64,000 bases of DNA from an uncultured Eubacteriales bacterium (GTDB lineage Bacteria > Bacillota > Clostridia > Christensenellales > CAG-138): the NCBI GenBank assembly GCA_902787375.1, contig CADAGD010000018.1:9022-73021 (forward strand), written 5' to 3'. Below are positions 34,716 to 44,563 of the stretch, one piece after another. The notes beneath the pieces are model-generated. The model was not told where the DNA came from and ran no database searches. It saw only the letters and a list, made by a program, of their open reading frames with translations. Position 1 is the first letter of the stretch; each line of letters opens with the position of its first letter. Both the position numbers and the translations under genes were made by a program.

Positions 34716-36213
34716 TATTATGGATTTTGAGCCGGAGGAGCTTGACACGCTCCTTGACGGCATCGACGAGAAAAAGCTGAGCAGAGAGAAAAACAAGCGC
34801 ATTATGGAAAGGCTCGACGCCCAAACGGGGCTTGAAACAGCCGGGAAAAGACGTCAAGCTCCAAGGCTTTCAAAACGAGGGTGGCTTGCGATCGCTGCCT
34901 GCGCGGTACTGGTCATTGGCATGACATTCGGCGGCTATGCTATTGCAGCCGAAGCGAAAGAGTATAACGCTGCCATCGAGTATTTTGAAGCAAACGGCTT
35001 ATCCACCGAAGGGCTTTCCCGCGCGGAGATAAAGGCGGTCTATCGTGACATAACGACCGAGAGCTTTACCTACAGTAAGACTGCGGAGGTGCTTTCACAC
35101 AGCCGCGAAACGAACAATTTCGAGGGTTGGGAGATAATGTTAGGTGACAACCCCATAACATCGGATTTCATTTCCGTATATCTTTCGGAAACAGAAAAGA
35201 AACTCGACGCGCGGGAATATCAATGCTTTGTAATTAACGAATCAGAGGGTGGCGTATGGAAAGAAGTTAACAGAAAAATAGTATGGGAGTTTTCCTCTCC
35301 CGAATTATATTCATGCTCTACGGCAGTTTCCGTAAAAGGAGGAACAGCGGCATTTGGACAGAGATTAATCAAATCCGACAAGGGAAGCATCGTACTGCCT
35401 GCCGTTTTCAAGCTGAACGATGACGGCGAGCTTCTGTGGATGACCAAATGGGGCGACGATCAGGAATATGACTCCTCCGACATGATCGAATATGATTCCA
35501 ATAACCTTGTACCGGAACAGGACGGAGGCGTTACTGCATTCTCCGTAAAACGCAACTACGCGAAGTATGAAATCGCAATATGCGTGACAAGGTTCGATGC
35601 AAACGGGAACATAGTATTCAACGTTGAGAATCCTGTTGGAAACTATTGGATCAATGAAGTGTATAAATGCGAAGACGGATACATCGCGCTTCCTTTAATC
35701 ATAACAAAGGATAATATAGATCATGAATCAAGCGTAATGAAATTTGACGAACACGGTGTACTGACGGGAGAATTTTCATTTGATGTTGATTCTATGAATG
35801 TCAAAATAAAGGACATCAAGTTTATCGGCGAAAAGCTGTATGTATCCGCGACCGTGACCGACCCTGAAAAGCTCCATAAGCTTATCGGGCAGGACACAGA
35901 GGTGAAAGCCGAAGATATTTATACCGCAATGCTCTTTGCCTGTGATTCCGAAGCCGGAACACTCCATGAGTTCTATCAGGTAAACGGAGCCGAGGCGTCG
36001 TTGTTTATGGAGGGGAACGAGCTTGTTTGGAATGTGAAAAAGATTGCTTCTCTCCAATTCTTCCCCGAAGATGAAAACTTGCTATGTGAAATGAGGGGTA
36101 CGGCGGATGTTTGGAGGTTTAGCTTTGACGATGCCTGTAAGCTGATTGACAGCACTTCAACAGGCGAGTTTGCAACGATACATAATTTGTTCGGCCCGAT
36201 AAGCCGCCCATAG
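34705..36213 (+). CDS. Putative anti-sigma factor: single-pass membrane protein with large extracytoplasmic domain
   Basis: The gene overlaps the sigma gene by 11 nt, with AGGAGG 8 nt upstream. A short cytoplasmic N-terminus precedes the TM helix WLAIAACAVLVIGMTFGGYAIAA and a roughly 400-aa outer domain. Confidence 0.6.
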   Translation: MRDNIMDFEPEELDTLLDGIDEKKLSREKNKRIMERLDAQTGLETAGKRRQAPRLSKRGWLAIAACAVLVIGMTFGGYAIAAEAKEYNAAIEYFEANGLSTEGLSRAEIKAVYRDITTESFTYSKTAEVLSHSRETNNFEGWEIMLGDNPITSDFISVYLSETEKKLDAREYQCFVINESEGGVWKEVNRKIVWEFSSPELYSCSTAVSVKGGTAAFGQRLIKSDKGSIVLPAVFKLNDDGELLWMTKWGDDQEYDSSDMIEYDSNNLVPEQDGGVTAFSVKRNYAKYEIAICVTRFDANGNIVFNVENPVGNYWINEVYKCEDGYIALPLIITKDNIDHESSVMKFDEHGVLTGEFSFDVDSMNVKIKDIKFIGEKLYVSATVTDPEKLHKLIGQDTEVKAEDIYTAMLFACDSEAGTLHEFYQVNGAEASLFMEGNELVWNVKKIASLQFFPEDENLLCEMRGTADVWRFSFDDACKLIDSTSTGEFATIHNLFGPISRP

Positions 36214-36279
36214 GGTAAGAACCGATCAAGTTGAAAACTCGATTCCCTCCGTATTCGGAATGACCGATTCATAACAACA

Positions 36280-36311
36280 AGCGAGGTCAGCAAATGCTGC
36301 ACCTCGCTTTG
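36280..36311. terminator. Hairpin between the convergent anti-sigma and ggt genes
   Basis: AGCGAGGT...ACCTCGCT stem flanked by an A-rich and a T-rich tract. Confidence 0.5.
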
Positions 36312-36360
36312 TCGATTCCATATTTGATTTTGAATGGTATTGTCAATACCGAAGTGCTTC

Positions 36361-38148
36361 TTACGGATTTACCTGCTCTGTCTGATCGGGATTCTCGGTT
36401 GCTTCGCTGCTCTCAACGCTTCCGTTCCTGCGCTGGTCGGCAGCTCCAAAGGCGTTGCCATCCTTATCAATTCCGACGGCGTTAAACGCTCCGAAATACT
36501 CCCTTGTCGAATAATAGAGCTTCTGGAAGCCATTCGCGTCAAGCGTGCCTTCGGGGTCTATAATATCCCTGTCCTCCATATAATACTGTACGCCGTTCAT
36601 AACGATTCTCGACTTATCGCACGCCTCCTGCAATGTTTCGCCATTGAAGTAGCGTATGATTATCTGCATAACGACCTGCGGTATCCTGTCGCCGCCGGAG
36701 GAGCCGAGCGCAAGCTTTGTGCCATCCTCGCAGAATATGAATGTCGGAACCGCGAAGGAGCGCGGACGCTGTCCCCTGACGCAGTAATTCTTGGCATTTG
36801 GATCACCGCTTGAGGTGACCATTGTGTTGTTGAGGAAGAATCCATCGACATATGTGCCGAGTCCGAAGAAGTCCGAGAGCGTATTGGTAACGGATACCAT
36901 CATTCCATCCTTATCTATTATGGAGATATGGGTGGTGGACTCATGCTCAGGATCGGATTCAATGAACTCAGGATTTCCCGATCTTACCATTTCAATGAGG
37001 CTTGCTATATGCTCATCGGTAAGCAGGTCGCCCGGTACCGTATGGAATGCGGGATCGCAAATGTTCTTCCTTCTGTCCTTCAGAGTGACCGATGATATGG
37101 ACGCCATCAGTTTGGCATACCTCAGCACGTCGTCATCATATGTTCCGAGCTCGACATCCTCGGCAATTTCGAGCATCTGGATGAGAGTTGTTCCCGAAAA
37201 CGGAGCGGACGCAGATACGATCTTATTTCCCCGATAGGTTCCCTCGACCGGCACACGCTCATAAACACGGTAGTTGTCGAAGTCCTCATCCGTGAGCTTA
37301 TAGTTAAGCGCTTCAATTATATGCTCTCTGATGGATTGATCCTTGCCATAGAAGATATTGCTTCCATAGCGTTGTATAAGCCTGTATGTATTGGCAAGCT
37401 CCTTCTGATAGACCGTTTCGCCCTCTTTAAGGAGCCTTGAGCCGGAGAAAAACTGGGGGTTATTCTTGCTGCTGAGCTTTGAATGGGACGACTGCAGATG
37501 CCTTGCGAAGCTTGCGCTTATCGCAAAGCCGTTATCGGCATATTCTATCGAGGGCTGTATGAGGCTTCCCCATGACTGGGTTCCGTACTTTTGGAATACG
37601 GTTTCCATGCCCTTTACAAAGCCGGGAACGCCCGTCTTATTGAATGTACCGCTGACTATATCGGCTCCCGCCGCGTCACGGTAATCGTAGAACATGCTGG
37701 TATCGGTGGTGGGATCGTAGACCAGCATTCCTCCTCCGCCGCCTATTCCTGAAGCATAGGGCTCAAGTACGCCCAACGCAAATGATACCGCGACCGCCGC
37801 GTCCACAGCGTTACCGCCGCTCTCAAGCACATGACTGCCTATTGCGGCGGCAAGCGGGTTTGAGCAGCTTACAACGCCCGATCCCGCTATTATGAGGGGA
37901 GACTCCGTGGACTCCGGCGTAACCTCAGCAGACTCGCTCGGCTGTATATTGTTCCCGCCGTTATTTGATTCTCCGTTTGTTTCGCTTGCCTGTACGTCCG
38001 CGTTTTTCTCATCATCCGGATGGCTTATGAGCTTGGGAACGTACACTATCGCTATAAGTGCGAAAATCAGAACCATTGCAATGCAGACGAATGCCAAAAG
38101 TCCCTTGTTTGTCATGCTTTTGCTGTTACTATTATCCATGTTTACCAA
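36361..38148 (-). CDS. ggt: Gamma-glutamyltransferase family protein (CapD-like), N-terminally membrane anchored
   Basis: GGT motifs GGGGMLVYDP and the autoprocessing-site ESTTHISIID. The N-terminus has a TM helix plus a low-complexity linker. It is the last gene of the pgs operon. An alternative ATG start lies at 38139. Confidence 0.85.
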   Translation of the reverse strand: MVNMDNSNSKSMTNKGLLAFVCIAMVLIFALIAIVYVPKLISHPDDEKNADVQASETNGESNNGGNNIQPSESAEVTPESTESPLIIAGSGVVSCSNPLAAAIGSHVLESGGNAVDAAVAVSFALGVLEPYASGIGGGGGMLVYDPTTDTSMFYDYRDAAGADIVSGTFNKTGVPGFVKGMETVFQKYGTQSWGSLIQPSIEYADNGFAISASFARHLQSSHSKLSSKNNPQFFSGSRLLKEGETVYQKELANTYRLIQRYGSNIFYGKDQSIREHIIEALNYKLTDEDFDNYRVYERVPVEGTYRGNKIVSASAPFSGTTLIQMLEIAEDVELGTYDDDVLRYAKLMASISSVTLKDRRKNICDPAFHTVPGDLLTDEHIASLIEMVRSGNPEFIESDPEHESTTHISIIDKDGMMVSVTNTLSDFFGLGTYVDGFFLNNTMVTSSGDPNAKNYCVRGQRPRSFAVPTFIFCEDGTKLALGSSGGDRIPQVVMQIIIRYFNGETLQEACDKSRIVMNGVQYYMEDRDIIDPEGTLDANGFQKLYYSTREYFGAFNAVGIDKDGNAFGAADQRRNGSVESSEATENPDQTEQVNP

Positions 38149-38150
38149 CC

Positions 38151-39320
38151 TTATTTAATTATGAGTTTGCCGTTCTCTATTGTGTAATCGGATGTGCCAA
38201 TATCCGAAACAAGAGTTCTGAGTATTATTGAGGAATCTGAGATGCTCGGCCGGCCGTCCTGAACGGTCAGCGGAACCAGCTCATATGTCACATCCCCCGC
38301 GTCGTCAAATACGCAGTTGAGGACAGCACCCCTCTGTGTCATGGTATAAGCCTCGTTTGCGACAAGATTGCCAAGACCGTAGAATATCATTCCGTCGCCG
38401 TACTTTTCCGCGGAAAGCACTATCTGTATGCCCGTTCCGACTACCATGTCGGCACCGCAGTCCACTATCGAGTGACATATGTCACGCATATAATTTGAAG
38501 GCTTGAGCAGGTAATGCTCCGCCCAACTAACCGTAACCACAATGAATGCGTCGGGATTCTGCTCCCTGAGATTAGTCACATCGCGGACGATGTTGTTATC
38601 CTTATCATTATAGGTTCTGACGTCGTATGATCTGTAATTGCGGGTTCTGTCATCCGAGGTTTCAACTCCAACATGAATTATATCGACGCCCTTCTCTCTG
38701 TCCAGATACCTTGTATATACGGCAGCGTCTGCGGATGACGATGTATCAAGTCCCGATACGGCTATTCCTCCGGCATCCTCCGGCCCGTTTACAACAGGCG
38801 CGTGAGCGGACTCCAACAAGCGTGAGGTTTCAAGCGCGCCCTTTGAGCCATAGCGGAATATGTTTGCGTTGCATATTGTTGCGTCCCTGACGCCGATGTC
38901 GAAAAGAGCATCAGCGAAATCAGAATTGAAATACCTGTCCGCGAATTTGATAGACATTCCACTCTGATAGGTTTCAACCGCGTCCTCGATTATAGGATCG
39001 TTTATAGCAACACTCAGCAGGTCGGACTTATCGAATATTCCCTTCACGCCATCAAAACACTTCTCATAATCAGCGGTGGTCATAAGCTTTCCGTCGCCAA
39101 CGCAGTTTACATTGCCTGTGTATGTGGCGGTGAACTTGCCCGTGCCGGCGATTCCGTCATACTCAGGCGCAGCCCCGCCTATCGGGATGTATCTTAGCGC
39201 GACAGCAACGCCCATAAGCACAACCGACGAGCATATGTAGACCCATGGCGACGCTGTTTTGCGCCTCCTTATAGACCGCTGTATGCGCTGTTTGAATTTG
39301 AGTTTGTTATTGCGCTCCAT
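38151..39320 (-). CDS. pgsA: Poly-gamma-glutamate biosynthesis protein PgsA/CapA
   Basis: 389 aa with an N-terminal TM anchor and a CapA-type (metallophosphatase-like) domain. The call rests on its position after pgsC. Confidence 0.75.
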   Translation of the reverse strand: MERNNKLKFKQRIQRSIRRRKTASPWVYICSSVVLMGVAVALRYIPIGGAAPEYDGIAGTGKFTATYTGNVNCVGDGKLMTTADYEKCFDGVKGIFDKSDLLSVAINDPIIEDAVETYQSGMSIKFADRYFNSDFADALFDIGVRDATICNANIFRYGSKGALETSRLLESAHAPVVNGPEDAGGIAVSGLDTSSSADAAVYTRYLDREKGVDIIHVGVETSDDRTRNYRSYDVRTYNDKDNNIVRDVTNLREQNPDAFIVVTVSWAEHYLLKPSNYMRDICHSIVDCGADMVVGTGIQIVLSAEKYGDGMIFYGLGNLVANEAYTMTQRGAVLNCVFDDAGDVTYELVPLTVQDGRPSISDSSIILRTLVSDIGTSDYTIENGKLIIK

Positions 39321-39330
39321 CGTTCGCTCC

Positions 39331-39780
39331 TCAGACCATCGCTATTAATTCAACGAGCACATATACTATTGCCGTAACGCTTACAGCACCGACGAGAGTG
39401 TACTTTACGCCCTGCTTTGATATTGTGCTTGCTATAAGCGCGGCTGTAACAACACCTACGCTTGTCAATGCGTCCAAATCATCAAACACTCCGCGAAGCG
39501 CGATATTGATTATTATTCTGAATATCAGAGCCGTAAGTATCAGCGCGACAAACTTGCGCTTTCCGTACAGCATCATTATTCTTGAAAGACCGAACTCAAC
39601 GACAACATATGCCATTATTCCAATGGACAATGTGCTTATGAGTATGCTCGGCTGGTTTACAGTCAGCGCGAGATACGCGGGAACAACTATGCCTCCCGCC
39701 GATATTCCCGTCAGCTCGGTAAATATAAGGCTGATGACGATACCTAAAATAATTGTTGTATATACATATGACAGTTCCAT
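39331..39780 (-). CDS. pgsC: Poly-gamma-glutamate biosynthesis protein PgsC/CapC
   Basis: 149-aa polytopic membrane protein reading ELTGISAGGIVVPAYLAL, with the typical PgsC size and sequence. Confidence 0.85.
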   Translation of the reverse strand: MELSYVYTTIILGIVISLIFTELTGISAGGIVVPAYLALTVNQPSILISTLSIGIMAYVVVEFGLSRIMMLYGKRKFVALILTALIFRIIINIALRGVFDDLDALTSVGVVTAALIASTISKQGVKYTLVGAVSVTAIVYVLVELIAMV

Positions 39781-39785
39781 ACAGA

Positions 39786-41003
39786 TCAGGCGTTTACGCC
39801 ATCCTCCTTTTCATTTTTACCTATGCTCATAATTCCCTCTATCAGCTCCTCGCCAATGCCGTGGATGTTTCCGATACCGAATATCACCGCGTTGCCCAGG
39901 CGTTTTTTGATTTCATCAATTACCTTCGCCGGCTTTGCCGAATCAAGGTTCAAATACTCCGCCTTGAATTTTCCCGCATGATAGGCGTCCGTAATGGGTT
40001 TAGTGTTCTTGCCCACCGCTATGACCGTTTTGCAGGGCAGATACGGCATGACGTCCAGAGCCATCTGGCGCGTCCTGTCTCCCCTGTCTCCTCGACAGTT
40101 GGCAAGGACTATAAGGTTCTCATCCGAACAGCCCCTGTGCTTGACATAATCCCATATCTCCAAAGTGGAAACAGGATCGTTCGCCGCAAAACCGTTTACG
40201 AAGAAATCTCCGTTTTCGGGAGCACCGACGGGATTGACGGTCGCTATGCCCGGATCGGGCGGAGCTGTGAGTATGCCCTCAAGAGCCTCCTCATAGTCAA
40301 TGCCCAACGCCTCCGCAAGAGCGAGCGGAACCGCGACGTTGTTGGGGAATACCGCGTAATTGAATCTGTCAAGGTATCCCTCAGGTATTTTGGACTCGTC
40401 CGCGACATATACCTTGGTATTGCGCTCCTTTGCGATCTTCGTGAAATAATGGGTATAATCGCTTGCGCCGAGTACCAGTATGCCGTTATAGGGAATCGTA
40501 ACGGTGAACGCCAACGCTATCTCGTCAAGCGTCGGCCCCATCTCGTCGATGTGGTCGGGCAGGACATTGACAATGACTCCTATCTGAGCCTTTATCATCT
40601 GCTCCTGATATATCTTCTGAAGCTCAGGCTTTACCGCCATGCACTCGCATACGAGCGCCTCCGCGCCCCTATCCGCCGCACGGCTTATGACGCCTATCTG
40701 CTCCTTGATATTGGCTCCCTCCGGCTTTCTGTCTATGGGCTCCTCATCCGCGTCCCAGTAGAGCATTCTTGCCGCGCTTCCCGTGGTCTTGCCGATTACC
40801 TTAACGCCATGGTATTTGAGCATCGCGGTTATCATCCTTGTTATGGTGGATTTGCCGCGTATGCCGTTTACATTGATGCGCATTGGTATTTTCTCGACCT
40901 GCCTTAAATGCTTTTTCTTCTCAAGCACACCGAGAATTATCAGCGCAACCGCGCAAAGCGCGAAGATTATATACACGCCTATGTATTCCAAAAGTCCCTC
41001 CAT
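39786..41003 (-). CDS. pgsB: Poly-gamma-glutamate synthase PgsB/CapB (Mur-ligase-like amide ligase)
   Basis: N-terminal TM helix, then the ATP-binding motif VNGIRGKSTITRMI. Confidence 0.85.
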   Translation of the reverse strand: MEGLLEYIGVYIIFALCAVALIILGVLEKKKHLRQVEKIPMRINVNGIRGKSTITRMITAMLKYHGVKVIGKTTGSAARMLYWDADEEPIDRKPEGANIKEQIGVISRAADRGAEALVCECMAVKPELQKIYQEQMIKAQIGVIVNVLPDHIDEMGPTLDEIALAFTVTIPYNGILVLGASDYTHYFTKIAKERNTKVYVADESKIPEGYLDRFNYAVFPNNVAVPLALAEALGIDYEEALEGILTAPPDPGIATVNPVGAPENGDFFVNGFAANDPVSTLEIWDYVKHRGCSDENLIVLANCRGDRGDRTRQMALDVMPYLPCKTVIAVGKNTKPITDAYHAGKFKAEYLNLDSAKPAKVIDEIKKRLGNAVIFGIGNIHGIGEELIEGIMSIGKNEKEDGVNA

Positions 41004-41066
41004 TGACGCCTTTAATTAGGGTATAAAAGCCCTTCGACGTCGTTCTCGCATATCATGCCAAATTTT

Positions 41067-41095
41067 ATAATAGCACACACAGCGTTTAAAATCAA
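41067..41095 (-). promoter_or_regulatory. Putative pgs operon promoter
   Basis: On the minus strand: TTGATT, 17 nt, TATTAT, about 60 nt upstream of pgsB. Confidence 0.4.
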
Positions 41096-41195
41096 CAATA
41101 ACCTCATTTTTTCAGCAGAAATATAGGATTTTGGGGATGTAAAACCCACAGTATTGCAATTTCTGTATTTTTCTTGTCTTTCTCAAGCCGGAAAA

Positions 41196-43103
41196 TCAAT
41201 CGTCAACGGCATCCTTTTCCTCAACATACCTTGCCGCCTGAGTTGAGAACAGAGTGAAATACTTGCCCTTCTTCTCCATAAGCTCCTTATGAGAACCCTT
41301 TTCAACTATGCAGCCGTTTTCCATGACGAGTATCGTATCCGCTATCGTTGCGCTTGAAAGGCGGTGGGATATGAAAATGCTTGTCTTGTTTTTTCTCAGC
41401 TCATTGAATCTGTTGAATATGTCCTGCTCCGCCATGGGATCGAGCGAAGCCGTCGGCTCGTCGAGTATGAGTATATCCGAGTCGGAATAGAATGCGCGCG
41501 CGATGGCAAGCTTCTGCCATTGACCTATGGAAAGCTCCGCTCCGTTGGCGTCAAAATAGCGCATGAGCGGTGTGTCATAGCCGTTTTCGAGCTTCTCAAT
41601 GAACACATTCGCGCCGCTCTGCTCCGCCGCCTCACGCCTTGCGGACTCGCCCGCGTCACGCTCAATATCGCCAAATACGATGTTTTCCCCTGCCGTAACC
41701 GCGTATTTTCCGAAATCCTGGAATATCATTCCGAACATATCATACAGCTCGTCCACGGCATATTCCCTTATGTCATGCCCGTCAAGGAGAACCGTTCCCG
41801 ATGTGGGATCGTACAGCCTTGTGAGCAGCTTGACAAGCGTGGTCTTTCCGGCTCCGTTCAAGCCGACAATAACGACCGTTTCGCCGCCGTGTATCGTGAG
41901 ATTTATATCCTTCAGCACATCCCTGTCCATTCCCTGATAGCGGAAATATACATGCCTGAACTCTATGGTATGGGCCGTATTCCTGCGCACATGCCTCGGC
42001 TCCTCGATGCACGGAACTATGGTCGGCTTTTCATCAAGGAATGTTATAAGGTTCTCTATGAAAAGGGTTCCCTCATAAATGCTTGCCGTGGAAGTTATCA
42101 GATTTGACACACCCGCGCCTATTGCGGTTATGGCTCCCGTGTATAGCGAAAAATCGCCTACTGCGAACTCATGCCTGAAAACGCCCTTTGCTATGAATAT
42201 GTACAGCAGACAATATACGACTGTAGTAAGTGCCGCCGCCGCTACTCCGTAAAGCGTTTCCTCTATCCTGAGCCTGCGCAGACCGCTGTAATACTCATCG
42301 AAAGCATTCTTGTACTTTTCGGTGAACGTATCGCCGAGATTGAACATTCGTATCTCCTTGACGAGGTCTTTATCTATCACGGTGGAGGCGTAATAGTCCA
42401 TCTGGCGGCGGTTCTTGGAGCGGAAGAACATATAGTTGACGTTCTTGCGCCTATATACAAAATTAACGACCGTGACCGGTATTGACACCAATACGATGAG
42501 TATGGGCGACCACCAGCTCACGGCAAAAAGCACGGCTATGTAGCTTATAATGCTTATGACCACGCTCAATACAGAGAATGTAGAGCTCATTATCTGTATG
42601 GGGCGCATACCCGCTTCGCGGTTGGCATTCTCCATTCTCGCATAGAAATCAGGAGAATCGTACTTCGCCATATCGACCTGCTTCGCCTTATCCATTATCA
42701 GCATCTTGACATGGTTCGAGACCTGCTCGCCCGATATGGATGTGACAGTCGCGTACAGGCGCGTTACAGCCTGATTGATAAAAGTATAGGCAAACTGCAG
42801 CACGAGCAGCACCGCTATAACTCCGAACGTCAGCAAAGCTCCCGAATAGGCGTCGGCAAGCCTGTTTATGATCGCCGCGCCGATTATGGAGCCGACCACG
42901 GGCATTATGCCGTTGAACGCCGCCATGAACAGCATTACAAAAAGGAGCGACCGCTTTGTATCCCAGACCAGTTTGAATATGTAAAACAGTCTTGAAAAAA
43001 AGCCGGACGCTAACCTTTTAAGATACAATGGCAGCTCCGCGAAGTTTCTCGGTTTTGGAACGCGGTATCTGTCATTTACAGATGTTTCCGATATGTTTCT
43101 CAT
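41196..43103 (-). CDS. ABC transporter permease/ATP-binding protein (exporter)
   Basis: 635 aa with a TM domain plus an NBD: GLNGAGKTT, LSIGQWQK, ILILDEPTASLD and the H-loop ISHRLSS. Confidence 0.9.
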   Translation of the reverse strand: MRNISETSVNDRYRVPKPRNFAELPLYLKRLASGFFSRLFYIFKLVWDTKRSLLFVMLFMAAFNGIMPVVGSIIGAAIINRLADAYSGALLTFGVIAVLLVLQFAYTFINQAVTRLYATVTSISGEQVSNHVKMLIMDKAKQVDMAKYDSPDFYARMENANREAGMRPIQIMSSTFSVLSVVISIISYIAVLFAVSWWSPILIVLVSIPVTVVNFVYRRKNVNYMFFRSKNRRQMDYYASTVIDKDLVKEIRMFNLGDTFTEKYKNAFDEYYSGLRRLRIEETLYGVAAAALTTVVYCLLYIFIAKGVFRHEFAVGDFSLYTGAITAIGAGVSNLITSTASIYEGTLFIENLITFLDEKPTIVPCIEEPRHVRRNTAHTIEFRHVYFRYQGMDRDVLKDINLTIHGGETVVIVGLNGAGKTTLVKLLTRLYDPTSGTVLLDGHDIREYAVDELYDMFGMIFQDFGKYAVTAGENIVFGDIERDAGESARREAAEQSGANVFIEKLENGYDTPLMRYFDANGAELSIGQWQKLAIARAFYSDSDILILDEPTASLDPMAEQDIFNRFNELRKNKTSIFISHRLSSATIADTILVMENGCIVEKGSHKELMEKKGKYFTLFSTQAARYVEEKDAVDD

Positions 43104-43160
43104 AGCCGTACCTCATGTTTTTTATATGATTTTAAGGCATACGGCTGTTTTTTTCAACTA

Positions 43161-44549
43161 TTATTTTGATATGCCTATACATTGTTGACTTTTGTCATTC
43201 AGCACCCTGCGAAAGAACACTATCTGGAACGGTACTGATATGATGAACGTGGCAAGATCGGCGGCGGGCTGAGTCATCTGAACGCCCGCAAGTCCTATTG
43301 CCTTGGGAAGCAGAAGTATGATGGGGACAAAGAATATGCCCTGCCTGCATGACGCGAGTATGGATGCGGCAAAGCTGAAGCCAAGGCATTGGTAAAGCTG
43401 ATTCACGAATGTGGAGTAAGCCATGAACGGCATCACCGCGCAGGCGTACTGCAACGCCTGTGCGCCTATCTCGACGACCTTATCGTCATCACGGAACCAT
43501 CTCATTATGGCTTCCGTATTAACCCCAATTCCCACGGCGGCAATACAGCATATGACAGTACCTGTGACGCACGCGAAAACGAATGCTTTTTTGACCCTTT
43601 CAAGCTTTCTTGCTCCATAGTTGTACCCCGCAACCGGCTGAAAGCCCTGACCTATGCCTATCATAAGCGATCTGACGAGCATGTATATCTTGTTTGAGAT
43701 CGTGACTGCGGCAACCGCCTCATCCGAGAAGGCTCCTCCATAGTATGCCGCGCCGTGATTTAAAAGCGCGGAGGCGACGCTTGCCATGCCCTGACGGCAT
43801 ATCGTGGGAAAGCCTATTTTCATTAGCTGCCAATAGACATCTATTCTGCGTGAAACAGCCCTCGGCCGTATCCTTATTATGCTTTTGCCGGACCTGAATA
43901 TCAGGAAAAGCACCGCAAGGCTTACCGTTTGGCTTACTATCGTCGCAAGCGCGGCTCCGGCGATACCCATATGGAATGTTGATATGAAGAGCGGATCAAG
44001 TCCAATATTGACAATTCCGCCGGCACACAGACCGATCATTGAAAGGTTTGCCTCACCTTCGGATTTGAGTATGTTATTCAGTACGAATGACAGGCACATT
44101 ACAGGCGCGCCGATAAGTATTATCCTTGTGTAGTCGCAGGCATACGGAAGTATTGTTTCCGTAGCTCCAAGGAGCCTCATTAAAGGCGCAAGGCATGAAA
44201 GCCCCGTAACAAGCAGGAATAATCCCAGTATTATCGCGCCGCATATCGCGCTGTTCGCGTACATCTCCGCCTCGGCATCCTTCTTTTCACCAAGCTTTCT
44301 TGAAACTATCGAGGCACAGCCCATGCTTATTCCGAAGCCGAACGCCTGTATTATAGCCTGAAGCGCGAAAGCGACGCCGACTGCCGCCGACGCGCTTGTG
44401 TTTATGCGCGATACAAAATAGGTATCCGCCGTATTGTAAATAATCGTTATAAGCTGTGAGAATGTGGTGGGTATCGCAAGCGATGTCACGAGCTTCGCTA
44501 TGCCCGTTTCGGTCATTCGCCTATGCTGTTCTGAGCTTTTTAATTCCAT
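43161..44549 (-). CDS. MATE family efflux transporter
   Basis: 462 aa, 12-TM, with the typical MATE N-terminus PTTFSQLITIIYNTADTYFVS. Confidence 0.85.
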   Translation of the reverse strand: MELKSSEQHRRMTETGIAKLVTSLAIPTTFSQLITIIYNTADTYFVSRINTSASAAVGVAFALQAIIQAFGFGISMGCASIVSRKLGEKKDAEAEMYANSAICGAIILGLFLLVTGLSCLAPLMRLLGATETILPYACDYTRIILIGAPVMCLSFVLNNILKSEGEANLSMIGLCAGGIVNIGLDPLFISTFHMGIAGAALATIVSQTVSLAVLFLIFRSGKSIIRIRPRAVSRRIDVYWQLMKIGFPTICRQGMASVASALLNHGAAYYGGAFSDEAVAAVTISNKIYMLVRSLMIGIGQGFQPVAGYNYGARKLERVKKAFVFACVTGTVICCIAAVGIGVNTEAIMRWFRDDDKVVEIGAQALQYACAVMPFMAYSTFVNQLYQCLGFSFAASILASCRQGIFFVPIILLLPKAIGLAGVQMTQPAADLATFIISVPFQIVFFRRVLNDKSQQCIGISK

Positions 44550-44563
44550 ATAATAAGACCTCG

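Noticed and set aside
39753-40907. 384-aa plus-strand ORF antisense to pgsB
   Set aside because: It is a shadow ORF opposite a well-supported Mur-ligase-like gene, with no recognisable motif.
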